From NCBI GenBank assembly GCA_009914755.4, contig CP086569.2, positions 19,360,001 through 19,424,000 of the forward strand: DNA of 64,000 bases. The letters are read 5' to 3'. The notes under the pieces are model-generated. The model was given only the letters and a program-made list of their open reading frames with translations. It was not told where the DNA came from and ran no database searches. Positions within the stretch are counted from its first letter, which is position 1, and the number at the start of each line of letters is the position of its first letter. The position numbers and the translations under genes were made by a program. This document shows positions 39,678 to 52,820 of this stretch, piece after piece. The stretch comes from the human T2T-CHM13v2.0 reference genome, Homo sapiens.

Positions 39678-41228
39678 GCTGCTGGATCACAAAATTCATG
39701 TGATAGGTGGCACCAGCAGTTTGAGTCCCACAAATATTTCTGGTGGGTGAGATCTAACAGAGTGCAGATATTCCCCCTGAAAAAGTGCTTCACAACCTGA
39801 GATAACAAGAAAAAATAGTGCTTGTACTATGAAAATAATAACTCTGCCTACTCTTCTTTCCGTCAAGTGACAAATTAATATTAACAACAACTCATTTATC
39901 AACACTGCCGTTTTGAAAGAGTACTTTAGATTTTTATATTAACAACAAATCAAGTGACTATTATAGATTTTTAACTTCAGACCCTTTAGGTCCATATTTT
40001 AATGACATAACATCTGTTTGTTTAAAAAGGAAAGTATTTGTTTAAAAAAACCTCTTTTGAATATACATATAACTATGTCAATTCAATTGTTAAATAAATT
40101 AACATACAAAGTGTTTTTAAAAAGAAAACTCTTCTCTCTACATGGTTGCCACAAGACAAATAAAGATCTGATCTTTTAAGCAGTGAGTTTAGTACAAAAC
40201 TCCTACAATGTGCTAGAAAATATGCTCACACAGAGAAAAACATAAATATAATTTCACATTTATCAATTAAAGTTATGTACAGAATGCTGTTGTTAATTGT
40301 ATTCTAAAACCTCAGTTTTCTCTTGAAATAAACTAAATTTTGTTATCATTTGTTAATTTACTTATATTACCTCCCACCCTGAGTTTCAGTTCCATGTAAG
40401 ATTTGAACATTGCTACTTACTTTGCTGTACTGACGTGGATATTTAGAAGTAATACAATGCACCCCAAAGTTCTCTTCTCGTATTATGAAAGTGGGTTTCA
40501 TTGAATTACTTTCAAAGTAAACTATTATTAATGAAGAAAAACAGCTTTATAATTTAAAAACTCACTAGTTACTGCTTTGTCTATGTAATATATTGCATTC
40601 AATCAGTCTACTATCTTTCTGAGGTTCTTTCCACAGCCCATAGCTAGTGCCACAAGTAGATCAAAACCAGGATTGATGGCAATGGTAGAGCTACAGACTG
40701 GAAGAGCTGGCTCTGCTGGCAGTTCTTTACTTCTTAAATACTACAGTTAAACTTGATGCAGGGAAGAGAACAACATCAATTAATTCCTAGTAAGTTAGAA
40801 AAAGAAATCACATGTTATTAGTAGAAAACATATGTTAAGAAAAATATGTCTTTTCAAGAAAATACTTTTATGTTTATTTGACATAAACATCTCATTATAT
40901 CTTGAAACAATTTTGGATTGTGTTCCAAAGAAAAATCATTTAAAAAAAACCGAGGACAATCAATAAATGTAATTCATTTCCAAAATTAGATTTTTGAAGA
41001 AATTTCTAAAACTTGAGAGTTTTACCCAAAAGAAAAATAACATTCTAAATTAACCTACTCTTTTAATTACACATTAATGGAAGTAAATTTATTTTCAAAA
41101 AAAGAAAATGCATTAAAATTACGTTATTTTTCTTGAATTATGAGACATATAAACAAAGTCATCAAAAAGATGATATAAAAATAAGTTTTTGCAAGATGGA
41201 TGTTTTCTCAATTAGAAATTCAATCAAG

Positions 41229-41485
41229 GACAAGGCATGGTGACTCATACCTGTAATTTCAGCACTTTTGGAGGCGAAGGCAGGGAGCATACTTGAAGCC
41301 AAGAGCTTGAGACAGGCCTGGCCAATATGGTCAAATCCCATCAGGTGTGGTGGTGCTCACCTTTAATTTCAGCTAATCAAGAAGCTGAGGCAGAATAATC
41401 ACTTGAAACTGGGAAGCAGGGGGTTGCAGTGTGCCAAGATTGCACTGCTATACTCCAGCCAAAGACACAATGTGAGATTCCTTTA
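41229..41485 (+). mobile_element. Alu SINE (old, AluJ-like, internally shortened)
   Basis: CAAGGCATGGTGACTCATACCTGTAATTTCAGCACTTTTGGAGGCGAAGGCAGGGAGCATACTTGAAGCCAAGAGCTTGAGACAGGCCTGGCCAATATGGTCAAATCCCATC…TGCACTGCTATACTCCAGCC. Confidence 0.8.
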
Positions 41486-41559
41486 TAAAAATAAAAGAAA
41501 ATAAATTAAATCAATTAAGAATTGAGATATACTGCTTATTTACTTTTCAATGCAGTTTG

Positions 41560-42040
41560 TGGCAACTCTGAACTGCAATTACAAAAATGTCTTAAATAAA
41601 GCGCAGCACACATTTCAAAGTTACTATAACCTCACCTCTGCAGAAAGAAAGCTTTTTATTTTTAAATGCTGCTCCTCTTCCTGTGTCTATGTGTCTTTAA
41701 TGTTCAATGTGAACATTGTTGATTGTGAACATGTACTGCTTGTTTTTGTTTTTAATTTCTGTGTTAGTTTGCTGAGGATGATGGCTTCCAGCTTCACCCA
41801 TCTCCCTTCAGAGAACATGATCTCCTTCTTTTATTGGCTGCATATTATTTCATGGTATATATGTGCCATGCTTTCTTTATCCAGTCTGTTACTGATGGGC
41901 ATCTGAGTAATTCAATGCCTTTGCTACTGTAATTAGTGCTGTAACACACATACACATGCACCTATTATTAGAATAGAATGACTTTTTTTTGAAGGGGGGC
42001 TATATACCCAGTAATGAAATAGCTGAGTCATTTGGGTTTA
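41560..42040 (-). mobile_element. LINE-1 3'-end fragment (antisense), old subfamily
   Basis: + strand …TGTTAGTTTGCTGAGGATGATGGCTTCCAGCTTCACCCATCTCCCTTCAGAGAACATGATCTCCTTCTTTTATTGGCTGCATATTATTTCATGGTATATATGTGCCATGCTTTCTTTATCCAGTCTGTTACTGATGGGCATCTGAG…GGGCTATATACCCAGTAATGAAATAGCTGAGTCATTTGG matches the reverse complement of the L1 3' region (…TTTGCTGAGAATGATGGTTTCCAGCTTCATCCATGTCCCTACAAAGGACATGAACTCATCATTTTTTATGGCTGCATAGTATTCCATGGTGTATATGTGCCACATTTTCTTAATCCAGTCTATCATTGATGGACATTTGGG…GGGTATATACCCAGTAATGGGATGGCTGGGTCAAATGG). Confidence 0.7.
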
Positions 42041-42107
42041 AGCAATTGTCCTGCCTCAGCCTCCTGAGAAGCTGAGACTGCAAGTGCCCGCTACCATGCC
42101 CAGCTCC
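42035..42107 (-). mobile_element. Alu fragment (antisense)
   Basis: GGGTTTAAGCAATTGTCCTGCCTCAGCCTCCTGAGAAGCTGAGACTGCAAGTGCCCGCTACCATGCCCAGC. Confidence 0.5.
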
Positions 42108-43658
42108 TTTATCTTTTTAATTATTGTCACATCAAATCTAGAACTAAGCATGTGAAAAGAAAACTAGGTATGAGGAAAATGAAAAGCAAACCACAATGAG
42201 AGATATAAATGTATATTAAATAGAATGGCCTGTAATCAGAAAGAAATGACAGATGTTTGTGAATATATGGAAACATTGGGAAGCACATCCAAATTGCTAG
42301 TGGGAATATAAAGTGAGGTTGCTTCTTTAGAAAACAGTCTGTTTCTTAAATAATTTGAGTACATTTGCATATTTTCCAAAAATCAAGGTGTATTTATGCT
42401 AATTTGTATAGGAATGTTTGTAGTAGCATTAGTCACGATATAAATGTTTCCATCAACTCCTAATGTGGAGGTAGACCTAGGCCGATGCTACCCTTGCCGT
42501 GCATTGGCATCATACGTTCACCTACCATATATCTGATATGATTGATGCAAATCCATATATTCTATAATGAAACCACCAAGATAAAGAATTTAGACAAAAT
42601 ACTGAAACTTTTTTGCCTCAGTATGCCTGGCTTAATAACAGGAAAGAATAGCAAGCCTGTTGCAGAAATCTCAAGCTTAGGAGACCCCAGCATTGTAAAG
42701 AAAGGAAACTCTGCCTTAGAAGGAGGCATTGTCTTTACCTTTCATGGGTGTTTCTTATACATAGCCCCTTGAGGATAATCTGCAACAGAAGGCTGTAAGT
42801 CACAAACAGCCTCATACTGTATGAATCCATTTATATGAAGTGTCTGTAATAGGCAAATCCATAGTGACAGAAAACGGCTTATTGGATACCAAGGGCTCTA
42901 GGAAACGGGGAAGCTGGGAGTTAATGGTAATGGGTGCAGAGGTGTTTTCATTTTTTTGATGATGGAAATCTTCTGTATTTAAAAAGTGGTGATGTTTGCA
43001 CACCTTTGTGAATACCCTGAAAAAAAACAGAGTATGTACTTTAAAATGGCTAATGTGATAGTTTGTGAGTTATCTCTCAATTAAAAAACTGTTGAAAGCT
43101 TGGTCAAAGTTTTGAGCACTACGAGCCTTAGCAGGAATGTAGATGCAAGTTAAACACGAGACAAAAGTATTGAATGGGCCTCAGTCACATAAAGTGGCAG
43201 AGAAGTGAACAACTGAAAAAACAATGTGAGCTAAACTCAAAATTGGAATTGAATAAGAAAGAATGCTTTCTCCAGTCTACACAGCAAAACTGGGGGAAAT
43301 GGCCATGTAGGTGGATGATGGTTTACTTATAAATAATGCCTAGAAATATGCCCCTAAATGTTAAACCATTTTATATAAGAAGGCGAAACTCAGAATCTAG
43401 AAAGAAGTTGGCAATATCCGTTTTAAATTATAAATTGTGGAGCATACACCTGAAGAATTTAATGTACCTTTTAATCCTTGTTATACATAAATAGAAGCAG
43501 ACAGAATTATCTAGTTTGACAATAAAACCAGCAGGATAAATAATTTAGACAAATTATGTAACTTTTTATTGCTTCAGTCTCCACAGTTTAATAAGAAGAC
43601 CAAATAATAAGTCGTGTTGCAGATATTATGTCTTTGAACCTTTTAGAATAAAGGTCAT

Positions 43659-43975
43659 GCCAGGCATGATTACTCACACGTTCAATCAAAACAATTAAGT
43701 GTGGGGGGCCAAGGCGGGTGGACGACCTGAGGCCAGGAGTTTGACATCAGCCTGGCCAACATGGAGAAACCCCGTCTGCATTAAAAATGTCAAAAACAAA
43801 CAAACAAACAAAAAAACTGCCAGTTGGTCTGGGAGGCCCCTGAGTTCCCAGCTACTCAGGAGGCTGACACAGCAGAATTGCTTGAACCCAAGAGGCAGAG
43901 GTGGCAGTGAACTGAGATCCTGTCACTCCAGCTTGAGCAACAGAGCAAGATTTAATCACACTCCACCCCCGGGCC
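43659..43975 (+). mobile_element. Alu SINE
   Basis: GCCAGGCATGATTACTCACACG…GGGGCCAAGGCGGGTGGACGACCTGAGGCCAGGAGTTTGACATCAGCCTGGCCAACATGGAGAAACCCCGTCTGCATTAAAAATGTCAAAAACAAAC…CCCAGCTACTCAGGAGGCTGACACAGCAGAATTGCTTGAACCCAAGAGGCAGAGGTGGCAGTGAACTGAGATCCTGTCACTCCAGCTTGAGCAACAGAGCAAGATTTAATC. Confidence 0.8.
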
Positions 43976-43976
43976 A

Positions 43977-43979
43977 TAA

Positions 43980-44031
<52 letters not shown>

Positions 44032-44033
44032 AT
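43977..44033. repeat. (GATA)n tetranucleotide STR, 14 units
   Basis: ATAGATAGATAGATAG… read directly. It replaces the Alu tail. Confidence 0.95.
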
Positions 44034-45077
44034 TTAAGTGCAAATATATCAAGTATTGTTTATGCCAGTTCACCTGACAAAAGACAAAAATCCATGTTCT
44101 GATGGAATTTACATTTTGGCTTTAGTGAAAAGTAGTGACAACAGCTAGTGATTTTATTTTTAAGTAATAAAGATAAGGTTGGTGGGTTCATTTATAAGCA
44201 GGTAAATAGTATAAGCTCAAAGGAGATCTGAGCAAACTTATTGAAACAACAAGGAGTGCAAAACCTCTGAAGTTGTAGCCTACACTGAGGCTCAGAACAA
44301 GAAAGAGGACGGTAGAAGAAGATAAGCAAAATATAAGAAGAAGAAAATAATATGCAGTGGTTTATTACATTATAAAGACCATGGTTTTATCTTAGGACAA
44401 AGGGAAGCTGGGATTGAATGCTAATAGGTAGATTTACTTTTTAAGGTAAGGACAAATAGTGATGGTTGCATAACGTTGAGAATATCGTGAAAATCACTGA
44501 ATTTGTACTTTACAATGGCTAATTTTATAGTATCTGAGCTATAACTCACATAGTTGTAATAGTGTAATAGTTGTAATAGTGGAAGATAGGAGATCACTAA
44601 AGAGGCTGAGTTAATCAGATGGGAAATGTGGATGACCTGTATCTGGGTGACAGCAGGAGAAACAGGGAAAAGTGGTGAGATTCGGGACCCGTTTTAAAAG
44701 GAAAACATGCAGAATTTGGGGATTAATAGAAATGATGAGATGTAAAGAAAAGCATCACTGTTGACCTTACAGTTTTAGGCCTTTGCAGCGGGATGTAATT
44801 ACTATCAGGTGAAATGGGAAACACCTGGGGAAAGTTTTTTGGCAGGAGCATCAGAATTCAGTGTGTAGCCTTGAGATCAAATTGTCTGTTAAACATGAGT
44901 ATGTGCATTAGAGTCATCCATGATTTGGGCTTTAGTAAGAGACTGGCTGGAGATAACAATCTGGGACTCAGTACCATTTAGAAATCCATGGTACTGAAGA
45001 GATAACTGGGAGATTGAGAGTAAACTCACTAGGAATAGTTCAAAGAAGAGACAAACTAAGAAATAGTTGTTACATTT

Positions 45078-45370
45078 GGCCAGGACTGGTGGCTCACACC
45101 TCCAATGGCAGCACTTTGGGAGCCTGAGGCAGGCAGACGGCTTGATCCCAGGAATCAAGACCAGCCTGGGATACAAGGAGAGGCCGTGTTTCTACCAAAA
45201 TTAGCTAGTCTGGGTGGCCTGTAGTCACAGTCACCCTGGAGGCTGCAGTGGAAAGATCGCTTGAGCCTGGGAGGTTGAGGCTGCAGTCAGTTCTTGATAA
45301 AGCACTGCACTCCAGCCTGGAGAACAGAGGCAGACCATGTCTCAATAAACACACAAACAACAAAGACAAG
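45078..45370 (+). mobile_element. Alu SINE (old, AluJ-like)
   Basis: GGCCAGGACTGGTGGCTCACACCTCCAATGGCAGCACTTTGGGAGCCTGAGGCAGGCAGACGGCTTGATCCCAGGAATCAAGACCAGCCTGGGATACAAGGAGAGGCCGTGTTTCTACCAAAATTAGCTAGTCTGGGTGGCCTGTAGTCACAG…GCACTGCACTCCAGCCTGGAGAACAGAGGCAGACCATGTCTCAATAAAC. Confidence 0.8.
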
Positions 45371-47185
45371 AAATTTAAAAAACAAACTATTATATTTGGC
45401 AAAAAGGGAAGCTAATTATTTTAAATATAGTACATTTGGTAGACTGTTGGGGATGAAAGCCTGACTGGTAAAGGTAAGTAGAATTTTCAAATGAGAGTGT
45501 AATATCAATGGTAAAAATATTCACCTGAAATTCAAGGTAAAATTTTAAATTTAGCAATTAGGGTGTCACTGATGACCTTTGAGAAAGGACTATGACTTCA
45601 CTGTTGTGGGATAAAACTTGAGGCAGAATAAGAACTGATGGAAAGGAAATAGCTAATAGAAATTCTCTGTGCAAATTAAAGCAGAGAAAAAGGTCAGTAC
45701 CAAAAGAGACAGTTTTTTTTTGTTGTGGATCATAAAATATGGAGTTTTTTATACATGTGTGATAAGGAAATCAGGGCAGTGAAGAAGAGAATAAAATTAA
45801 TTATGCAAAAGAGGAAAATATCAATCATATTGATGAGTTGGGTCCAGGAGGATGTATTTTAAAATGTGATAAATGTTTTGTCTTTGAATAAATAAGTGCA
45901 TATAGATAAAGGTGTGATTAGGATCAGAATAATGAACAACAGAAGTTGAGGAATTTAATACTCTGCAGCATAAAACTTAGCAAATTGGAGGAAAGCATAT
46001 TTATGATAAGTTATGAGAATAAAAGCAATGCAAAGAAAGTTCAGGAAATAAACATCTTATCAAATAAAAATAAAATAGTAACTTCTTGATTCTTCCCTTC
46101 CACTTACTTAAACTACTGCTTCTATTTTTCCCATTGTTATATTTTAACAAAAGACCAATGTCTTCTGGGAAAATATTATGTTTTCTCTCTGGTAATTTGC
46201 ATTAGATTCTTACACCTTTCATGCCTTTTTATTATATTAACAACCTTTTTAGTCAGAAAAAGGTTTCTGTTCCAATATTTACTTGAGTTAAAAGTCCTGT
46301 TGCCTTTTCTCTTCCTTCTTATTCATTTTTGTTTAATATTGCTTCCCACACATAATGACTAATTGACCTTGACAGTATATCAGTAATTTCTCTGGCAGTT
46401 TGTCTGCAAAGAACCTAATAAGAGCTATTTCACCCCACCCCTACCCGCCCCCAACAAAATAGAATTTGGATCTTCTATAACCATTCAAATCTGGATTTCA
46501 TATCTATTTAAATTGAAACTTTTCTTGATTAATAACTTCATTAATAACTTGATTAATAACTTCATAACTTTACTTGATTAATAACTTCATAACTTCTGCA
46601 TTAAATCAAGCCAAGAATCAGTATTTTAAATGAAAAATGGCCAACAACTAACAATAAGTGGTACTTAAAGGGCTCACTATTTTCTATTCCTCTCTCAATC
46701 AGAAATACCTGTTAGATACTTTTCTCAGTGTCATCATGGTTAGATTTGGCTTAGACATTGTGCCCTTTTGTTTTAGTTGATGTCAGCAGGAGACACTGGC
46801 TGAAGGTCACAAAAAGGAAACTTAGGAGAAATGTGCACCTTTTTTCTTACTACTTGAAGACAGGACTATCATCTTGGTATTAAGGGGTAGTCAATGCCTC
46901 ATACAAGTTTTATTGTCTATTTCCTTTAAACAATATGTACTGAAGAAATAGTACGTCAAGTTACTGGACATATTGACTGAATTATGTCAAATGCTTTAAT
47001 TGACTAAATTATGTCAAGTCATGGTTTAATATTTCTTAAACAAGACATAGATTTTTAAGTTGTGATTAGTGAGCCGTATTTACTTTTTTATATTTTCCAT
47101 GAACAGTGAATTATACAGAATCTGGTTTTCTTCTGTTTGGATTTGATACTGAGCTATACTGGATTCACTGACAAGAAGAGTTTGA

Positions 47186-47522
<337 letters not shown>

Positions 47523-48085
47523 TAGGACCTATAGTGAGGTAAGTGACACAAATATCTCTCATTCTCTGTTTCCAAACAGTAAATAGAATATAAATAGTTC
47601 ACGAACAAGATTAAGGAAGTGATAATCATCGTTCCTCTAACTGAAATGCACCCTCTGTTTAGATTTATTTACTTTTCACAATTTTGAAAATTTTCCCATG
47701 CAATTTTTATCAGTCATAAGGTAATGATAGTTTTTTAACAATGCAAATGGGATTAAGTCAGTCGTTTTTTCTGTTCCTTTTAATATTATTCTAATTCAGC
47801 CTCATGGGCATTCCAAATAGTTATGAGGGATAGAAATATAACATTAAATTAAGGGATGAGAGTAGAGTGAGAAGAGAGTATGGCTCAAAATTAATCTCAT
47901 AAATTTTATTTGTCAACTGACGTGATTTAACACGTTAGTGGTAGATTTTCTAGATATCCCTAAATTTGTAGCTATGACTTGGAATATCAAAACATAGCTA
48001 GGCAGTTCATTTCCATCTGACTTCTCTCTGTTACTATGCTGATTTGCACGAGTACTGTAAATTTTGTAAGAACTAATTTCATTCA

Positions 48086-48580
48086 GATGTGCATTTAGAG
48101 TTCCAAGATAGTAAAATGTATAAAAATTATATACATTTTATATAATTAGGAGGCAATGGGGATAAGTGTTACCTTTCAATAAAAAGGTAAGTGCAGAAGT
48201 TTATAAACACATGCAAAAATGTGTAACCTCACGATTTAATCTTCTATGCAAATACAAATTAGTAATAGGAGGAGCAATTACTAACACTAGGAGCAATTAG
48301 TAAAAGCAAGAGCAATTAGTAACACTAGTAACACTAGCAATTAGTAACACTAGCACTAACAGATGTGCATGTAGAGTTCCAAGATAGTAAAATGTATAAA
48401 AATTATATACATTTTATATGATTAGGAGGCAATGGGGATAAGTCTTACCTTTCATCAAAAAGGTAAGTGCAGAAGTTTATAAACACATGCAAAAATATGT
48501 AACCTCACGATTTAATCTTCTATGCGAATACAAATTAGTAATAGCAGGAGCAATTAGTAACACTAGCAGGGCAATAAACA
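48086..48580. repeat. tandem segmental duplication, 275-bp period, about 1.8 copies, with an embedded 18-bp minisatellite (AGCAATTAGTAACACTAG)n expanded in copy 1
   Basis: AGATGTGCAT(T/G)TAGAGTTCCAAGATAGTAAAATGTATAAAAATTATATACATTTTATAT(A/G)ATTAGGAGGCAATGGGGATAAGT(G/C)TTACCTTTCA(A/T)(T/C)AAAAAGGTAAGTGCAGAAGTTTATAAACACATGCAAAAAT(G/A)TGTAACCTCACGATTTAATCTTCTATGC(A/G)AATACAAATTAGTAATAG(G/C)AGGAGCAATTA(C/G)TAACACTAG… occurs at 48086 and again at 48361. There are fewer than 10 mismatches over about 215 aligned bases. Confidence 0.9.
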
Positions 48581-48694
48581 TTCCTGCAAAGCCAAAGGCT
48601 TAATCTGAGTGACAATGCATGCAGTGATTCTGGACCATACTCTGGAGCTAATTTAAGTTTAATTGACTGAATCTCCTGAAAGAAAAGGACTTAG

Positions 48695-49111
<417 letters not shown>

Positions 49112-49175
49112 AACTTTTTCTTTTTTACAAGGTCAACTTATGAAATTTTATAAATTTCTTAAATTTCTTGCAATA

Positions 49176-49410
49176 GACCGAGCATGGTGGCTCACACCTC
49201 TAATCCCAGCACCTTGAAAGGCCGAGTCGGGTAGATCACCTGAGGTTGGCAGTTCCAGGCCAGCTTAGCTAACATAGTGAAACCCCATCTCTACTAAAAA
49301 TACAAAACTAGCTGGGCGAGTGGCACGTGCCTCTAATTCCAGCTACTTCAGAGGCTGAGGCAGTGGAATCGCTTGAGCCTGGAAGGTAGAGTTTGCAATT
49401 CTGTGATCAT
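49176..49410 (+). mobile_element. Alu SINE (3'-truncated)
   Basis: GACCGAGCATGGTGGCTCACACCTCTAATCCCAGCACCTTGAAAGGCCGAGTCGGGTAGATCACCTGAGGTTGGCAGTTCCAGGCCAGCTTAGCTAACATAGTGAAACCCCATCTCTACTAAAAATACAAAACTAGCTGGGCGAGTGGCACGTGCCTCTAATTCCAGCTACTTCAGAGGCTGAGGCAGTGGAATCGCTTGAGCCTGGAAGGTAGAGTTTGCAATT. Confidence 0.8.
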
Positions 49411-49430
49411 GAGAAATGTTAAGATTACTA

Positions 49431-49550
49431 TATGCATATATATGTGTGTGTGTATATACATATATATAGTAATCACCTACATATATATACACACAGCCAC
49501 AGACATGCACACACCCACACACACACACGTGCACACACACACACACCCGT
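49431..49550. repeat. complex (TA)n/(TG)n/(CA)n simple repeat
   Basis: ATATGCATATATATGTGTGTGTGTATATACATATATATAG…ACACACACACACGTGCACACACACACACACC. It accounts for the Cys/Val/His-rich ORFs 49343..49698. Confidence 0.9.
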
Positions 49551-49943
49551 TAGCTCTGTGTATATATTCTTTTGAAAACAGAAGATACTTATTTTTAATT
49601 AGGTTATTATTTCCTTGTTCTTTTGAATCATTTTTAGTTCCTGGTATATTTTGATTAACTCCTTGTCTGATGTACAGTTTGCAAATATTTTCTCTCATTC
49701 TATCACTCTGGTGATTTATTTTATTTTATTTTCATTTTTGCTGTATGGAAGTTTTCTAGTATAATGTAACCTCATTTTTCTGCCTGTGTGTTTTTTGCTT
49801 GTGCTTTTGAAGTCTTATCCAAAAAACATTCCTGCCCAGACCAACGTCATTAAATGTGTTTTGTGATTTATTCAACTAGTTTGACAGTTTTGTGTTTTCA
49901 TTACATCTTTATTTTTAAATGTTTTTTAAAATATATTCTTATA

Positions 49944-50100
49944 GGTGAGGTCTCACTATATTACCTAGTGTGGAGTACAGTGGCATAAGTGTTTCATGCT
50001 ACAGCTTTCGACACCTAGGCTCAGGTGATCCTCGCATCTGAGACTCCTGAGTAGCTGAAACTACAGGGGCACACCACTGCAGTAGGCTTTTTAATCCGTG
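49944..50100 (-). mobile_element. Alu fragment (antisense) nested in L1
   Basis: TAGGTGAGGTCTCACTATATTACCTAGTGTGGAGTACAGTGGCATAAGTG…CCTCGCATCTGAGACTCCTGAGTAGCTGAAACTACAGGGGCACACCACTGCAG. Confidence 0.6.
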
Positions 50101-52513
50101 TGAGTTAATTTTTGTACGTGGTGAGAAATAGGGTTTTAATTATATTCTTTTGCATGTAGCTCTCTTGTTTTCCCAGCACCACTTATGGAAGAGATTGACA
50201 TTTTCTCATTTTGTGTTCTTGGCACCTCTGAGGAATATCAGTTGGCTATACAGGTGTAAATTTATTTTTGTTCACTGTGTTCTATTGTATTGGTTTATAG
50301 CATTGTGACATCTCCAGTTCTGTGGGTTCACTCCCCAACCGCACTGCCATCTTCACGATTGCTTTGACTATTCAGGGTTTTTGTGTGTGTGTGTTTGTGG
50401 TTTTGTATTAATTTAGGATTTTTTCAATTTCTGTGAAAAATGCGATTGGTGTTTTGATAGAGATTGCATTCTATCTGTGCACTGCTTTGGCTCATATAAA
50501 CATTTTAACCATATTACTTTTTCCAATCAACGAACATAGAAACATAGATATATTTTCATTTAGTTATGTCATTTTAACATTTTATTAATGTTTCATAGTT
50601 TTCAGAATGCAGATTTTTTTACCTCCTTGCTTAAATTTACTCCTTTTTATCCCCCATAGCTATTGTAAATGAGATTGTTTTCTGAAGTTTTTTTTTTAAT
50701 ACATACTTTGCTATTAGTGCATGGAAATGCTATGGAATTTTATATGTTGATTTCATAAACGGAAACGTTACTGACTTTCAGAATTAGTTCTAACTACTTT
50801 TTAGTGGTATGTTTAAGGATTCCCTTATATGTCATTAGCATATATGGACAATTTTACTTCTGCCTTTCCAACTTGGGTGACTTTTCTCACTTTCTCTTGA
50901 CTAATTTATCTAGTTAATGACTTTCGGTTTTATGTTACTATAAGTAGTGAAAGTGAACATCCTGGTCTTCTTTCAGATCTTCACAGCAAAGCTTTCAATT
51001 TTAACTCTCACTGACTGTGATACTAGCTAAGGGTTCATCATATATAGTGTTATCTGGTTATTTGGGTCTATGTCATTTGTTGTGTTGAGTTACAGTTGTT
51101 CCACGCATGATTTATTAAGAGATTTTATTGTGAAAAATGTCGAATTTTGTCATTTTTTTCATATATCGAAATGAATGCATAGACTTTGTTCTTTATTTTG
51201 TTGATGTAATCTATGACATTTAATAATTCTCGTGTATTAAACCATTCCTGCATCCCTGTAATCTCGTTTGATCACGGTGAATGATTTTCCAAATGTGCAT
51301 TATAAGTCATTTTCCCAGTATTGTGTTGAGGATTTTTGCATTATGTTTATTAGATATAGTGGCCCATAGTTTTCTCTTTTTTCTTGTATCCTTGTCTGGT
51401 TTAGTAATCAGCGTAATGCCGTCCCCATGGAATGAGTTGGAACGGTTCCCATATCTTCCTTTTTTCTTTTATGTTTTTGTTTTCACTAGGTTAAAAAAAA
51501 GTGGCAGTAGTTTCCTTTTTGTGGTAGGTAGAATGCAGCAGTGAACACATCAGGTCCTGGGCTTATCTTTAACAGGTGACTTTTTACAGCTGATTCGATT
51601 TCTTACCATTAATTTATTTCTTGGTGTCAGTTATGGTATCTCTTTTTTGGCTCTGATTTTCTTTATTAGGGGCTTTGTTTTTTTTTTACTTTTAAGTTTA
51701 GCTTTTTGTTTTTCTGATTCCTTGATTGAAACATCAAGTTGTGTATTTGATATCTTGTTTTACATGAAGGCATTTATTGCCATAACTTCCCTCTTAAAAC
51801 TGCTTTGGTTGTTTCCCACAGGTTTTGCGGTGTTGTGTTTCTATTTTTGACTCAAGAAACACGGTGTTTTATCCTTATTGTCTTCATTGATTCACTGGTT
51901 GTTCAGGAGTATGTTGTTTAATTTTGATATACTTATGATTTAGTGATTTCGGAAGAGATACTTGATATGACTTTGATCTTTTCAAATTTGTTAAGATGTG
52001 ACTTTTTTTGCCTAATGTATGACGTATCCTGGAAGATCTTCCATGTTTGCAGTGGAGAAGAATGTTTATTTTATAGCTCTTGGATGGATAGTTCAGTAGC
52101 TGTTTTTAGCATTTGCCCTACTCGGCATTTTAATCCAATGCTTACTTATTGAATTCAGTCTGCATTATCTATTCTTTGCAGAGAGTAAGGTGCTGAAGTT
52201 TTCTATTATTATCTTGCACTTTTTATCTGTCTTTGGATCTATTAACATTTGTATTATATATATGCATATATTACTTATATACTTGCATTCTTGAAATAAT
52301 ATTTTCTTTTCTTTCTCCTGCTTAATTCTGTATCCTCTCTTTGACTTTGATATTTGGTGGTTAGGTTATATTAAGTCATGCAGATATTTTTATTGATATT
52401 GAATATGATTGGAAGCCCTTGATATTCCTGTAGCAGAATATTTATATTTCTATGTAAGTTTGGAAAGGTTTCTCATTATTTCTCTAAATAAGCTTTCTAC
52501 TCTTTTTTATACA

Positions 52514-52820
52514 TTTTTTTGTTGAGATGGAGGTTTGCTCTTGTCTCAGGTTGGAGTGCAATGGTGTGATTGTGACTCACTGCAACTTCCAAGTCCTGGG
52601 TTCCAGAGATTCTCCTGAGTTCAAGTGATTCTCCAAACTCAGCCTTCTGAGTAGCTGGGGTTACAGATGTCCACCAATATAACTGGCTAATTTTGGTATT
52701 TTAATAGAGAAACAGTTTCACCATGTAGCCAGGCTGCTCTCAGGCTCTTGGCAACATGTGATCCTCCCACCTTGGCCTCCCAAAGTGCTGGGAATACAGG
52801 CATGAGCCATTGTGCCCAGC
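52514..52820 (-). mobile_element. Alu SINE (antisense) nested in L1
   Basis: TTGTTGAGATGGAGGTTTGCTCTTGTCTCAGGTTGGAGTGCAATGGTGTGATTGTGACTCACTGCAACTTCC…CCTCCCAAAGTGCTGGGAATACAGGCATGAGCCATTGTGCCCAGC. Confidence 0.85.
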
